Source: Thermodesulfovibrionales bacterium (lineage in GTDB: Bacteria > Nitrospirota > Thermodesulfovibrionia > Thermodesulfovibrionales > SM23-35). From it: DNA of 64,000 bases. Of the stretch, positions 1 through 8,564 are shown one piece after another (the stretch's first letter is position 1; each line of letters starts with the position of its first letter). The DNA is taken from contig JAVHLL010000002.1 in NCBI GenBank assembly GCA_031082155.1, positions 65,206 to 129,205 of the forward strand, in the 5' to 3' direction. The translations under genes and the position numbers were made by a program. The notes below the pieces were generated by a model that was not told the DNA's origin, ran no database searches, and worked only from the letters and a program-made list of their open reading frames with translations.

Positions 1-353
1 CTGCAAAGGCCTTTGGGCATATCGAATCGGAAGCGTCAAAGAGGGTCATACTTGACCAGATCACGGCAAAGGAGTTCAGGGACAAGGAATTAGATGAGAA
101 GAAGGAATTTTTCGAAGTCCTTTCTCACTGGAAGGATCAGGAGGTTTATGATTTCCTAGTGAAGATTCTCAAGTCCAGATTCTTTTTCAACAGAGCCAAA
201 TTGTTCGAAAACCAGGCATGCGCTGCACTGTGTCTCGGTTTCCTGGGAAACAAAGATGCGCTCCCCGTTCTTTATGCGGTGAGAGACTCTAATAATAAAC
301 TGGTGAGTGATTTCGCCGGTATTGCCATAAAGAAGCTGGAATATGGAACTTAA
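1..353 (+). CDS. HEAT-repeat-like protein, 3' end (5' end outside window)
   Basis: Frame 3 is open from the window edge to TAA at 351-353. The tail ...ACAALCLGFLGNKDALPVLYAVRDSNNKLV resembles HEAT/PBS-lyase repeats. It overlaps the next start by 11 nt. Confidence 0.5.
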   Translation, partial: AKAFGHIESEASKRVILDQITAKEFRDKELDEKKEFFEVLSHWKDQEVYDFLVKILKSRFFFNRAKLFENQACAALCLGFLGNKDALPVLYAVRDSNNKLVSDFAGIAIKKLEYGT

Positions 354-1746
354 AGAAGAGAAGGAAATACACAGGACCGCACAGGATATCATTAATCAGC
401 TTTCTGTGATCCTGAGGACCGCCCATATTCACGATCCCGGCAATATTGCGGTAGTGACTGCCATAGAAAGATTCCTCCTTCTTGTGGGTCTTATCACGCA
501 GACAGAATCTCAAATCAAACTGGAACTTGTCGGAGAGTTTTTTTATTTGAACGATACGAGAGTGCGATATCCTCTTGAGTATCTTCTGAATTTTGATTTT
601 CTTATCAGAGAATTCAAGAAACGCGAGATTGGAAAAGTAATTTTCATGGACGGACTGGAGTCCAGTGACGTCCAGGTATTTCTCAGGGGCTTTATAGCTG
701 CAGGGTTCTCGGATTCACCCTATGATACTTTCTCAGGTATTATGGTGGAGACCGATAATATTGAGACAGGAAACCTGAAGAAGATAGCAGAAGGAACAGA
801 CGCAGATGCACGGAAAGTGATCAAGAGGGTCTACTATCATGCAGTCTCTTTCAGCCAGGGAGTGATGACCAAAATAAAATCAGGCGAAAAAGTGAATGTC
901 AAGAAGGCAAAGAGGATCGTTGAGTCCATGGTTGATCATATACTGGAAGAGGAGAAACTTCTGGTAGGGATGACGGCGATCAAGGACTATGATGAGTATA
1001 CCTATCACCACTCGGTGAATGTGAGCATTCTTTCGATAGCGCTCGGGCAGAGGCTTGGATTCAATAAAAGACTACTGACTGAACTTGGGCTTGTCGCACT
1101 GTTTCATGATATCGGTAAGATCGAAGTCCCGAACGAGGTATTGAACAAATCAACAAATTTTACCGAGGATGAATGGAAGCTTATCAAGAAACATCCTGTA
1201 TGGGGACTGAAGGCGATTCTCAGGCTGCGGGGACTTGATGCTACCTCAATCCGTTCTGCGATCGTTGCGTTCGAACATCATCTCTACTATAATTTTTCCG
1301 GATATCCAAAGGTCATGCGCTACGGTGAGCTTGACCTCTTTTCACGAATCGTGAGTCTCGTGGACCAGTATGATGCAATGACCTCCGCACGAGTGTATTC
1401 AAGAATTCCCCTGTCGCCCGACAAGGCTCTCAGTATCATGATGGAGAGGTCCGGCTCGCAGCTCGACCCCCTCCTCTTTAAATTCTTCATCAACATGGTC
1501 GGCGTCTTTCCGATCGGGACACTTGTGATGCTTGATTCCAAAGAACTGGGGCTTGTCTACGAAAGCGATATTGTGTTTGCAGACAGACCGAGGGTAATGA
1601 TCATTATCGACAGCACGGGGAAAAAAGTCAGCGGACCGGTGGTGAATCTCGCAGAAAAGGATGCAACCGGGAGATATTTGCGGTCGATTGTGAAAACCCT
1701 CGATCCGAACAGATACAAAGTCAACATGGCCGAATATCTGCTGTAA
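343..1746 (+). CDS. HD-GYP domain c-di-GMP phosphodiesterase-like protein
   Basis: 467-aa ORF with HHSVNV...LFHDIGKIEVP (HD motif) and HHLYYNFSGYP (GYP motif). Confidence 0.85.
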   Translation: MELKEEKEIHRTAQDIINQLSVILRTAHIHDPGNIAVVTAIERFLLLVGLITQTESQIKLELVGEFFYLNDTRVRYPLEYLLNFDFLIREFKKREIGKVIFMDGLESSDVQVFLRGFIAAGFSDSPYDTFSGIMVETDNIETGNLKKIAEGTDADARKVIKRVYYHAVSFSQGVMTKIKSGEKVNVKKAKRIVESMVDHILEEEKLLVGMTAIKDYDEYTYHHSVNVSILSIALGQRLGFNKRLLTELGLVALFHDIGKIEVPNEVLNKSTNFTEDEWKLIKKHPVWGLKAILRLRGLDATSIRSAIVAFEHHLYYNFSGYPKVMRYGELDLFSRIVSLVDQYDAMTSARVYSRIPLSPDKALSIMMERSGSQLDPLLFKFFINMVGVFPIGTLVMLDSKELGLVYESDIVFADRPRVMIIIDSTGKKVSGPVVNLAEKDATGRYLRSIVKTLDPNRYKVNMAEYLL

Positions 1747-1806
1747 GTCATTTCTCGACCCGTGATCCCTATCTATAGCATTTCAGGAAGGTTTCCGCAA
1801 GTCGGC
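1747..1806. repeat. Degenerate copy of the GTCATT...AATGAC REP/MITE-like family
   Basis: Starts 1 nt after the stop codon. GTCATTTC...TCAGGAAGGTTTCCGCAAGTCGG matches the core TCAGGAAGGATTCCCGACAAGCGG of the copy at 46593-46666. Confidence 0.5.
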
Positions 1807-1981
1807 ACCGCCATGCATAATCAGCCGAACGTGTACACTACACCATCATAACAATTAATCAAACGCTTATTTATGATAACGGTCATTCTTTCACGAAATA
1901 CTTGAGATTTTATCGATTTTCATATTAAATATTATAGAGAATTTAATACCGTTTCACAAAATAATCACGAGGAGTACAGCA

Positions 1982-2503
1982 ATGATTGTAGGAAAACCAC
2001 TTTTTACAACCCATCAGATACAAAACAGGGTGCAGGAACTGGCTGTCAGGATTTCACATGATTATGCGAAGAAAGAACTGCTTGTTGTGGGGATACTGAA
2101 AGGCGCCTTTATGTTTTTCTCCGATCTTGTCAGGAACATAGAGGTACCTCTTACACTTGATTTTGTCATCGCTTCGAGTTACATGAAAACGCAAAGTACG
2201 GGTGAGGTCAAGATATTTTACGATATCCGGGGCGACTTGTCGGAAAGTCATGTGCTTTTGGTAGAAGATATTGTCGATACAGGGATAACACTGAACCACA
2301 TACGGGAGAGAGTAATTGCCCGTGGTCCAAAAAGTCTGAAAATTTGTTCATTCCTCGACAAAAGGGAGCGAAGAATTGTAGATGTCCCGATGGATTACAT
2401 CGGGTTTGAAATACCGAATGAATTCGTTGTCGGATACGGACTCGATTATGAGAACCGATTCAGAAACCTTCCTTATATATCGATTTTCAAGAAAAAGGCA
2501 TAG
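1982..2503 (+). CDS. hpt: hypoxanthine phosphoribosyltransferase
   Basis: 173 aa with PRPP-binding motif VLLVEDIVDTGITL, typical Hpt length and a C-terminal YRNLPYI motif. Confidence 0.9.
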   Translation: MIVGKPLFTTHQIQNRVQELAVRISHDYAKKELLVVGILKGAFMFFSDLVRNIEVPLTLDFVIASSYMKTQSTGEVKIFYDIRGDLSESHVLLVEDIVDTGITLNHIRERVIARGPKSLKICSFLDKRERRIVDVPMDYIGFEIPNEFVVGYGLDYENRFRNLPYISIFKKKA

Positions 2504-2507
2504 GCTT

Positions 2508-2879
2508 ATGTATGAATTAATGATCGAAACACATTTTTCCTCTGCACATCAACTGAGAGGCTACAAGGGAGACTGCGAAAGAATCCACGGTCATAACTGG
2601 AAGGTACAGGCCTATGTTCTTGCCGAGACACTGAATGAACTTGATATCGCAATAGACTTCCATGAATTGAAGAGACTCACAGGGGAGATTGTGGCACAGC
2701 TTGACCATGGGTTTCTCAATGAGATTTTTCCCTTTACAGAAAAAAATCCCTCTTCGGAGAATATTGCAAAATGGATCTATGATTCTTTAAGAAAAAGGAT
2801 CAGCGATGAAAATATTCATCTGTCAGCAGTCACGGTATGGGAATCAGATACTGCTTCCGCAACCTATTTTGAAGACTGA
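2508..2879 (+). CDS. queD: 6-carboxy-5,6,7,8-tetrahydropterin synthase (6-pyruvoyl-tetrahydropterin synthase family)
   Basis: From ATG 2508 the product reads MYELMIETHFSSAHQLRGYKGDCERIHGHNWKV, with the Zn-ligand His and CxxxHGH motifs of QueD/PTPS. The longer ORF start at 2382 would overlap hpt. Confidence 0.85.
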   Translation: MYELMIETHFSSAHQLRGYKGDCERIHGHNWKVQAYVLAETLNELDIAIDFHELKRLTGEIVAQLDHGFLNEIFPFTEKNPSSENIAKWIYDSLRKRISDENIHLSAVTVWESDTASATYFED

Positions 2880-2997
2880 GTGCCGGTTTCTTCTGGGAAT
2901 CAGGTGAAATACTATAACCATTTGGGTTAAAATAAATAAACAATAGTTTTAAAACCAGGGATATAAAGAAAGAGCAGGAATGTAGTACTCTCCGGAA

Positions 2998-3621
2998 ATG
3001 ACTATCAGAATCGCCATAGGGTGTCACAGTTATCTGCTCGGAGAAGGCTTAAAGAGACTTTTTAAGCATGACGATGCAGTGGAAGTTATTGGTATTTTTG
3101 ATGAAGGGATTGATATCAGGGAGATTGTCAAGCTTGAGCCCGACATTATACTTACCGACTTCAAAATTTTTCGTTCGTTTCCCCATGCGTTTCTTGAAAA
3201 CAATACGATTAAGATAATCATTATATCCGACGGGGCATGGCTGCGGGAAAACGAAAACCAGATACCGGAACTTATATCGAGAGGAGTCTCGGGTATTATG
3301 GTGCCGGAATCAGATTCAGGGCGTCTTCGGGAAGCAGTCAGGGTAGTTTTTTCTGGTGAGCTATGGCTGGACAGAAAGCTGATCAAGAATCTCCTCACAA
3401 ACATGCGGACCTTCGACAAGAAGATCGACCTTACCAGAAAGGAGAAGGAAATCGTATCCCTTATCTGCAATGGCTGCAGAAACAAGGAGATAGCCCAACA
3501 GCTCGATATCAGTGAACAGACAGTAAAATCCCATTGCAACCGTATCTTCAAAAAAGTCGGTGTTTCTGACAGACTGCAACTGGCCCTCTATACGCGCAGG
3601 ATGTGGCCGGGCATGTTTTAA
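2998..3621 (+). CDS. LuxR/NarL-type transcriptional regulator with atypical receiver domain
   Basis: C-terminal HTH LTRKEKEIVSLICNGCRNKEIAQQLDISEQTVKSHCNRIFKKVGV. The N-terminal REC-like fold keeps D (ILTDF) but lacks the acidic DD pair (IAIGCHS). Confidence 0.8.
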   Translation: MTIRIAIGCHSYLLGEGLKRLFKHDDAVEVIGIFDEGIDIREIVKLEPDIILTDFKIFRSFPHAFLENNTIKIIIISDGAWLRENENQIPELISRGVSGIMVPESDSGRLREAVRVVFSGELWLDRKLIKNLLTNMRTFDKKIDLTRKEKEIVSLICNGCRNKEIAQQLDISEQTVKSHCNRIFKKVGVSDRLQLALYTRRMWPGMF

Positions 3622-3774
3622 GTATTAAAACTATAGTTTGGATATGCCTGCCCCTTTTGTGCCGAAAATTCAATCTTTCGGGTAATTGAAAGAACATTCA
3701 ATTTGTTGTATAAGAATACAAGGGTAAAAAAGCAGTATTTATGGAAACGCAATAAGAATCTCTGGAGCACGAAT

Positions 3775-4167
3775 TTGATATTAAGGCTAACCTGTCCCGA
3801 ATGCAAGAAAGATTCTTTCAGTGCAGATGCTGAAATGTACAAACCATGTCCATATTGCGGTATACAGTTTAGCGGCAGATATGGTTCGGAAAAACGGAGA
3901 GCCTACCGTATTCACAAAGAGATACCCTGTTCCCTCTCACACCAGGGGGAACATTTGCATGCCTGGACCATTAACCTGTCCGAGAAAGGCCTGAGTATTA
4001 AAATTGACGGTAGCAGACCACTGATGGTTGGTGACGTGATGCACCTTGAAGTTGCAGATAACCCGCTTAAAGCACAGGTAATGTGGTCATTTGACCATCC
4101 AAAATCGAATGCGACCATGTCCGGGCTAAGGATCCTCGATGGCGCAGTAAACATTTTCCAGGGCTGA
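3775..4167 (+). CDS. zinc-ribbon + PilZ domain protein (c-di-GMP receptor candidate)
   Basis: CPECKK...CPYCG zinc ribbon, then PilZ motifs RRAYR (RxxxR) and NLSEKG ([DN]xSxxG). Start placed at TTG 3775 (GGAG 7 nt upstream) by alignment to the paralog at 44870. The ORF is open from 3703. Confidence 0.7.
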   Translation: MILRLTCPECKKDSFSADAEMYKPCPYCGIQFSGRYGSEKRRAYRIHKEIPCSLSHQGEHLHAWTINLSEKGLSIKIDGSRPLMVGDVMHLEVADNPLKAQVMWSFDHPKSNATMSGLRILDGAVNIFQG

Positions 4168-4256
4168 TCATCCCGCATATTTAAGTTTTAAACTTCCCGA
4201 TTTTCTGATACAATTGTAAACTCACAAGAATTATTTTTCAGAACGGAGGAGAGAGA

Positions 4257-5411
4257 ATGGACTATTTCTTCAATGAAGATCAAATAATGATAAAAGAACT
4301 GGTTCAGCAGATCGCAGAAGAAAAAATAAAACCGGTGAGAGAAGAACTTGATGAGAAAGAAGAGTTCCCCTGGGAAATTATGAAAGTGCTCGCACAGTCA
4401 GACCTTTTCGGTCTCTTTGTCCCAGAACAATACGGAGGGCTTGGGAAAGGATGCCTCGAGTTATGCATTGCCGTTGAGGAACTTTCTCGTGCTTGTCTGG
4501 GTGTCGCAACGACCTATGCAGCAAATGCGCTTGGCACGTATCCTATCCTGCTGTACGGTTCGGAAGAGCAGAAAAATAAATACTTGCCTGATATTGCCGC
4601 GGGAAAACGACTGGTTGCGTTTGGCCTGACAGAACCGAATGCGGGAAGCGATGCAGCGGGAATACAGACAACCGCAAAACTCAACGGGAACGAATATATT
4701 CTGAACGGAACAAAGCAGTGGATTACGAACGGAGGAGAGGCTGAAATCTATGCCATCATCGCCATGACCGACAAATCAAAAGGCGCACGGGGAGCGACTG
4801 CATTTATTGTAGAGAAAGGAACCCCGGGTTTCCAATTCGGAAAGAAAGAAAAAAAGATGGGTATCAGGTGTTCCTCTACCCGTGAGCTTATCTTTGACAG
4901 CTGCAGGATACCGCGTGGAAATATTATCGGGAAAGAAGGGCTGGGTTTCATTATTGCGATGAAGACTCTTGATAATGCACGTGCAGGCGTTGGCGCTCAG
5001 GGGGTAGGAATAGCACAGGGAGCATTCGAAGAGGCATTCAGTTTTGCCCGGAAGCGCGTCCAGTTCGGACATCCGATCGTGAGCTTCCAGGCGGTGCAGC
5101 ATATGCTTGCAGATATGGCCACGGAGATTGAAGCAGCGCGGGCACTTGTGTATTCAGTTGCGCGGTTTGCAGATATGGGCGTAAAAGATTTCACAAAAGA
5201 GTCTGCGATGGCGAAAGTCTTTGCCACGGATATGGCGATGCGGGTAACGACGAATGCGGTACAAGTGATGGGGGGATCCGGGTACATGAGGGAATATCCG
5301 GTGGAAAAGATGATGCGCGATGCCAAAATACTACAGATTTATGAGGGAACAAACCAGATTCAGAGAAATGTTATTGGACAGGCGTTAATCAGAGAGGCAG
5401 CAAAGAAATAA
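4257..5411 (+). CDS. acyl-CoA dehydrogenase (short/butyryl-CoA type)
   Basis: 384 aa with FGLTEPNAGSDA, QWITNGG and C-terminal YEGTNQIQR, all hallmark ACAD motifs. RBS GGAGGAG lies upstream. Confidence 0.9.
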   Translation: MDYFFNEDQIMIKELVQQIAEEKIKPVREELDEKEEFPWEIMKVLAQSDLFGLFVPEQYGGLGKGCLELCIAVEELSRACLGVATTYAANALGTYPILLYGSEEQKNKYLPDIAAGKRLVAFGLTEPNAGSDAAGIQTTAKLNGNEYILNGTKQWITNGGEAEIYAIIAMTDKSKGARGATAFIVEKGTPGFQFGKKEKKMGIRCSSTRELIFDSCRIPRGNIIGKEGLGFIIAMKTLDNARAGVGAQGVGIAQGAFEEAFSFARKRVQFGHPIVSFQAVQHMLADMATEIEAARALVYSVARFADMGVKDFTKESAMAKVFATDMAMRVTTNAVQVMGGSGYMREYPVEKMMRDAKILQIYEGTNQIQRNVIGQALIREAAKK

Positions 5412-5425
5412 AACAGAGATTAAAA

Positions 5426-5468
5426 ACAAAGAGGACAGTCCAGATGTGTGGCTGTCCTCTTTGTTTTG
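5426..5468. terminator. bidirectional Rho-independent terminator between convergent genes
   Basis: ACAAAGAGGACAG / CTGTCCTCTTTGT is a 13-bp perfect stem, flanked by an A-run upstream and TTTT downstream. Confidence 0.75.
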
Positions 5469-5484
5469 CTCTTCTCTAGAAACC

Positions 5485-6372
5485 TTATTTCTGTTTGCCA
5501 GTGAGCAATTCGGGGTGTATTTCTGCTCCGGAATTTTTCAATGATTTATCAATAAATTCAGTCACCTTCGTGCGGATTTGTTCCTGGAGGAGCTTCTGGT
5601 TGATTTTCTCTTTTGCAGTGTCAAAAGGTTCTATCGAAGGCTCCTTCTGTTCTTCAACCTTGATGATATGATATCCGAATTGTGTTTCTAGGGGTTCGCT
5701 TACTTCACCAGGCTTCAAGGCAAAGACTGCATCTTCAAAAGCTTTAACCATTCTGCCTCTTGGAAAAAAACCGAGATCTCCGCCCTTTGACTTTGTTCCC
5801 TGGTCATCAGAGAATTCATTGGCAAGTTTCGCAAATTCTTCCCCGCCCTGAATCCTTTTTAAAATATCCTTTGCCTTGTCCAGTGTTTTTTGCTTGTCTT
5901 CTTCGGAAGCCCCCTGGACAACTCTGACCAGAATATGTCTTGCCTTCACCATTTCCGGTGTCTTGAATTCGTCCTGGTGGGAATCATAATATTGTTTAAT
6001 TTCACTTTCAGGAATAGAGATTTTCTGGACTACCTCTTTCTTCAGATACTCGGTAGAAAGAAAGCTGTCAGAGAAAAACTTAATCTGCTGAGTTATTTCT
6101 GGGCTTTTGTCAAATCCTTTCTTTTTTGCAATATCCGAAATGACCATACTTTGAACCAGCTGAGTGAGTAATGTTGCTTTCATTTCAGGGTTGTTCTCGA
6201 TCATTTTCTGGCGTTCGGGATCCAGATAGCCGATAAGCTTGTTGAATTCACTGACGGTAATTTTTTTGTTGCCGATTTTTGCAACAATATCGTCGTCTTT
6301 TGCAAAAGTGTTCCCCTGGAGAAGTATTATGAGAACAAATAACACTAAAAATATCTGCGAAATTCTGTACAT
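5485..6372 (-). CDS. periplasmic peptidyl-prolyl cis-trans isomerase (SurA/PrsA-like parvulin)
   Basis: Parvulin core ARHILV...GGDLGFF...FGYHIIKVEE. Start at ATG 6372 (GGAGG RBS) gives the signal peptide MYRISQIFLVLFVLIILLQGNTFA. Confidence 0.85.
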   Translation of the reverse strand: MYRISQIFLVLFVLIILLQGNTFAKDDDIVAKIGNKKITVSEFNKLIGYLDPERQKMIENNPEMKATLLTQLVQSMVISDIAKKKGFDKSPEITQQIKFFSDSFLSTEYLKKEVVQKISIPESEIKQYYDSHQDEFKTPEMVKARHILVRVVQGASEEDKQKTLDKAKDILKRIQGGEEFAKLANEFSDDQGTKSKGGDLGFFPRGRMVKAFEDAVFALKPGEVSEPLETQFGYHIIKVEEQKEPSIEPFDTAKEKINQKLLQEQIRTKVTEFIDKSLKNSGAEIHPELLTGKQK

Positions 6373-6487
6373 ATATCCTCCTATTGAAAATATACACAAT
6401 TTATGCCGTAATTTTTTATATAACCATAAAGGATGCAGGATGTCAAATCGATAAATATTCAAGAATCAAAATCATAGACTTGAGGTG

Positions 6488-7435
6488 TTATACATGATTC
6501 CTCAGCATGAGCTCGAGGGGGTGGGGATTGAGATAATACTGGGTCTTTAGATAAGGCTCATCGAACTTCCTCACATAGTGGTTGATAAGGATGATAGGTG
6601 CGATTAACGGTACGAAACCCTTTTGATAATTCCCGATTACTGCGAGTAATTCCGATTTTTCTTCAGGGGAAAGGTATTTTTTGAAGTACCCTGCAATGTG
6701 CAGTAAAACGTTCGTATTCTTTTTTGGAGTTGCGAACAGGTGTAATCCTTCCATCAAAAGAGCTATGTACTGCACACGGAATGCTTCAGCCTCCTGCTCT
6801 GTTATGCGTGCAACCATACGGCCGAGTTCACGAAAATGTTTTTGGCTATGTGCCAGTATGAGCAGCTTGTGCCTGGTGTGAAAGTTGATAAGGTCCCTGG
6901 CGGCGCCTTTTTTATTCAGAAACTCCTGCCATCTCTTATAGACAAAAACACTTTCTATGAAATTTTCCCGTAATTGAGGATCGTGCAATCTTCCGTCATC
7001 AATTACCGGGAGGAGAGGGAAGCGTTTCATGAACGCATTGCCAAAAATACCTTTTCCCTTATTGCTTGATATTCCGGATTCCGTATATATTTTTACTCCG
7101 CCGATAGCGGAACTTGGCGACCTGCTCTTGAAGATGAATCCGCAGAGGTTGTATTTTTCGAGTTGCTTCATTTTTTTTTCTGCCCAGATGAGCATACCAT
7201 CGGTATGGTCAACCCCGGTCCTGATTGTGAGAAGGCGAGGGGCACTGGGATCACCGACAAGGCGCATCGCTTCCCGGGGGACAGGCAGGCCGTATTCAAC
7301 TTCCGGACAGACAGAAATCCAATCAAAATATGTCCCGAGGGTATCAGTCACATAACGATCATGTTGATGTCCTCCGTCATAGCGCACTTCTTCTCCAAGC
7401 AGGCACGAACTGATACCGATTTTTATCTTTTCCAT
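6488..7435 (-). CDS. DUF523 (TudS-like) + DUF1722 domain protein
   Basis: N-terminus KIKIGISSCLLGEEVRYDGGH is typical of DUF523 (2-thiouracil-desulfurase-like). The C-terminal half resembles DUF1722. Start taken at the internal Met (MEKIKIG). Confidence 0.65.
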   Translation of the reverse strand: MEKIKIGISSCLLGEEVRYDGGHQHDRYVTDTLGTYFDWISVCPEVEYGLPVPREAMRLVGDPSAPRLLTIRTGVDHTDGMLIWAEKKMKQLEKYNLCGFIFKSRSPSSAIGGVKIYTESGISSNKGKGIFGNAFMKRFPLLPVIDDGRLHDPQLRENFIESVFVYKRWQEFLNKKGAARDLINFHTRHKLLILAHSQKHFRELGRMVARITEQEAEAFRVQYIALLMEGLHLFATPKKNTNVLLHIAGYFKKYLSPEEKSELLAVIGNYQKGFVPLIAPIILINHYVRKFDEPYLKTQYYLNPHPLELMLRNHV

Positions 7436-7500
7436 TCTGATATATTGTATACACATCTTCTCTTCTCATCAAGAGACGGAAAAGGTTTATAATAGAAAAT

Positions 7501-7938
7501 ATGCATGCCGGATTAATTATTCGGGAATCCATAGAAATTAATGCTACGCTGGAAAAAGTGTGGGAAAACTTTGTTGATCTTACCTGTTGGGATCAATGGA
7601 ATACTGTGATGCAGAATGTGCACACTAACGAACAGCAGTTGACCGGAGGTAAAAAGATCTTCTGCAGTTTCAGGCCTTTCTTTTTTCCGATCAGAGTAAG
7701 TATTTCCGTGGAAGAAATTGTCCCCTACGAAAGGGTTGTCTGGTCTGCGAAAAAAAAAGGACTTTCCGCATATCATGAATTTGATTTCAGAAAGAACGGG
7801 ACTGCAGTGATCGTAACAAGTTCGGAGACATTTTCCGGAGTACTTTCAAGAGGTGAAGGGATGCTCCTTCCGAAGAAGATGATGAAGTCTCTTACAAAGG
7901 ACTTTCTCTTTGACCTCAAGCGGGCTGCAGAAGCATAA
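7501..7938 (+). CDS. SRPBCC (START/polyketide-cyclase-like) family protein
   Basis: 145 aa. ESIEINATLEKVWENFVDLTCWDQWN is the typical SRPBCC N-terminal signature. Confidence 0.6.
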   Translation: MHAGLIIRESIEINATLEKVWENFVDLTCWDQWNTVMQNVHTNEQQLTGGKKIFCSFRPFFFPIRVSISVEEIVPYERVVWSAKKKGLSAYHEFDFRKNGTAVIVTSSETFSGVLSRGEGMLLPKKMMKSLTKDFLFDLKRAAEA

Positions 7939-8049
7939 GACTCAGAGAATTTAAATAGCAAATGCTCCATGAAGGGGCGATCTTACGAGCCTCTCCGTTA
8001 TCGTGTATAATGATAAACAATGAAACTGCACTGACTTTTAGGAATACCG

Positions 8050-8421
8050 ATGGCAAAAATAAGGATTACTATTCAAGACATTGTGTTAATGGGAGAGCTT
8101 TACCAGACCAGAACTGCACAGGCAATTTTAGAAGCCCTTCCGATAGAGGCAACGCCTGAAGAATGGGGTGACGAATTCTATTTTGAAATTCCTGTTCAGA
8201 TGCAGCTCGATGAAACCGCTACCACCAGAATAAAAATCGGCGATATAGGTTACTGGCCACCTGGAAATGCTCTCGCGCTCTTTTTTGGTCCTACCCCGAT
8301 CAGCAGAGGGATTGATCCCGTTCCTGCAAGCGACGTAAATCTTGTCGGAAAAATCCTCGGTGATGCAACTGTGCTCAAAAAAGTCAAAGGCGCAGTTAAG
8401 GTGACGCTTGAGAAGGGCTGA
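8050..8421 (+). CDS. cyclophilin-like fold (TM1367-like) protein
   Basis: 123 aa. The product reads ...TAQAILEALPIEATPEEWGDEFYFEIP...GDIGYWPPGNALALFFGPTP, recalled as the Cyclophil_like family pattern. Confidence 0.6.
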   Translation: MAKIRITIQDIVLMGELYQTRTAQAILEALPIEATPEEWGDEFYFEIPVQMQLDETATTRIKIGDIGYWPPGNALALFFGPTPISRGIDPVPASDVNLVGKILGDATVLKKVKGAVKVTLEKG

Positions 8422-8564
8422 AGACCTTATCAGTCCAACGGCGCAATGAAATCCGACACTGAAACAACTTTTGTCATTATGGAATGTTGCAAATCTGATG
8501 GAAATGCTGAACTGAAATGTTTTTAAATAATATCTGAGCGTTTCGGGTTTACGGGGGAGATCAT

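Noticed and set aside
2382-2507. N-terminal 42-codon extension of the queD ORF.
   Set aside because: It lies entirely inside hpt in another frame. QueD homology begins at MYELMIETHF (ATG 2508), 5 nt after the hpt stop.
5485-6462. Long N-terminal extension of the PPIase ORF (start at 6462).
   Set aside because: The internal ATG at 6372 has a GGAGG RBS and yields a proper signal peptide. The extension has no signal-peptide or domain character.
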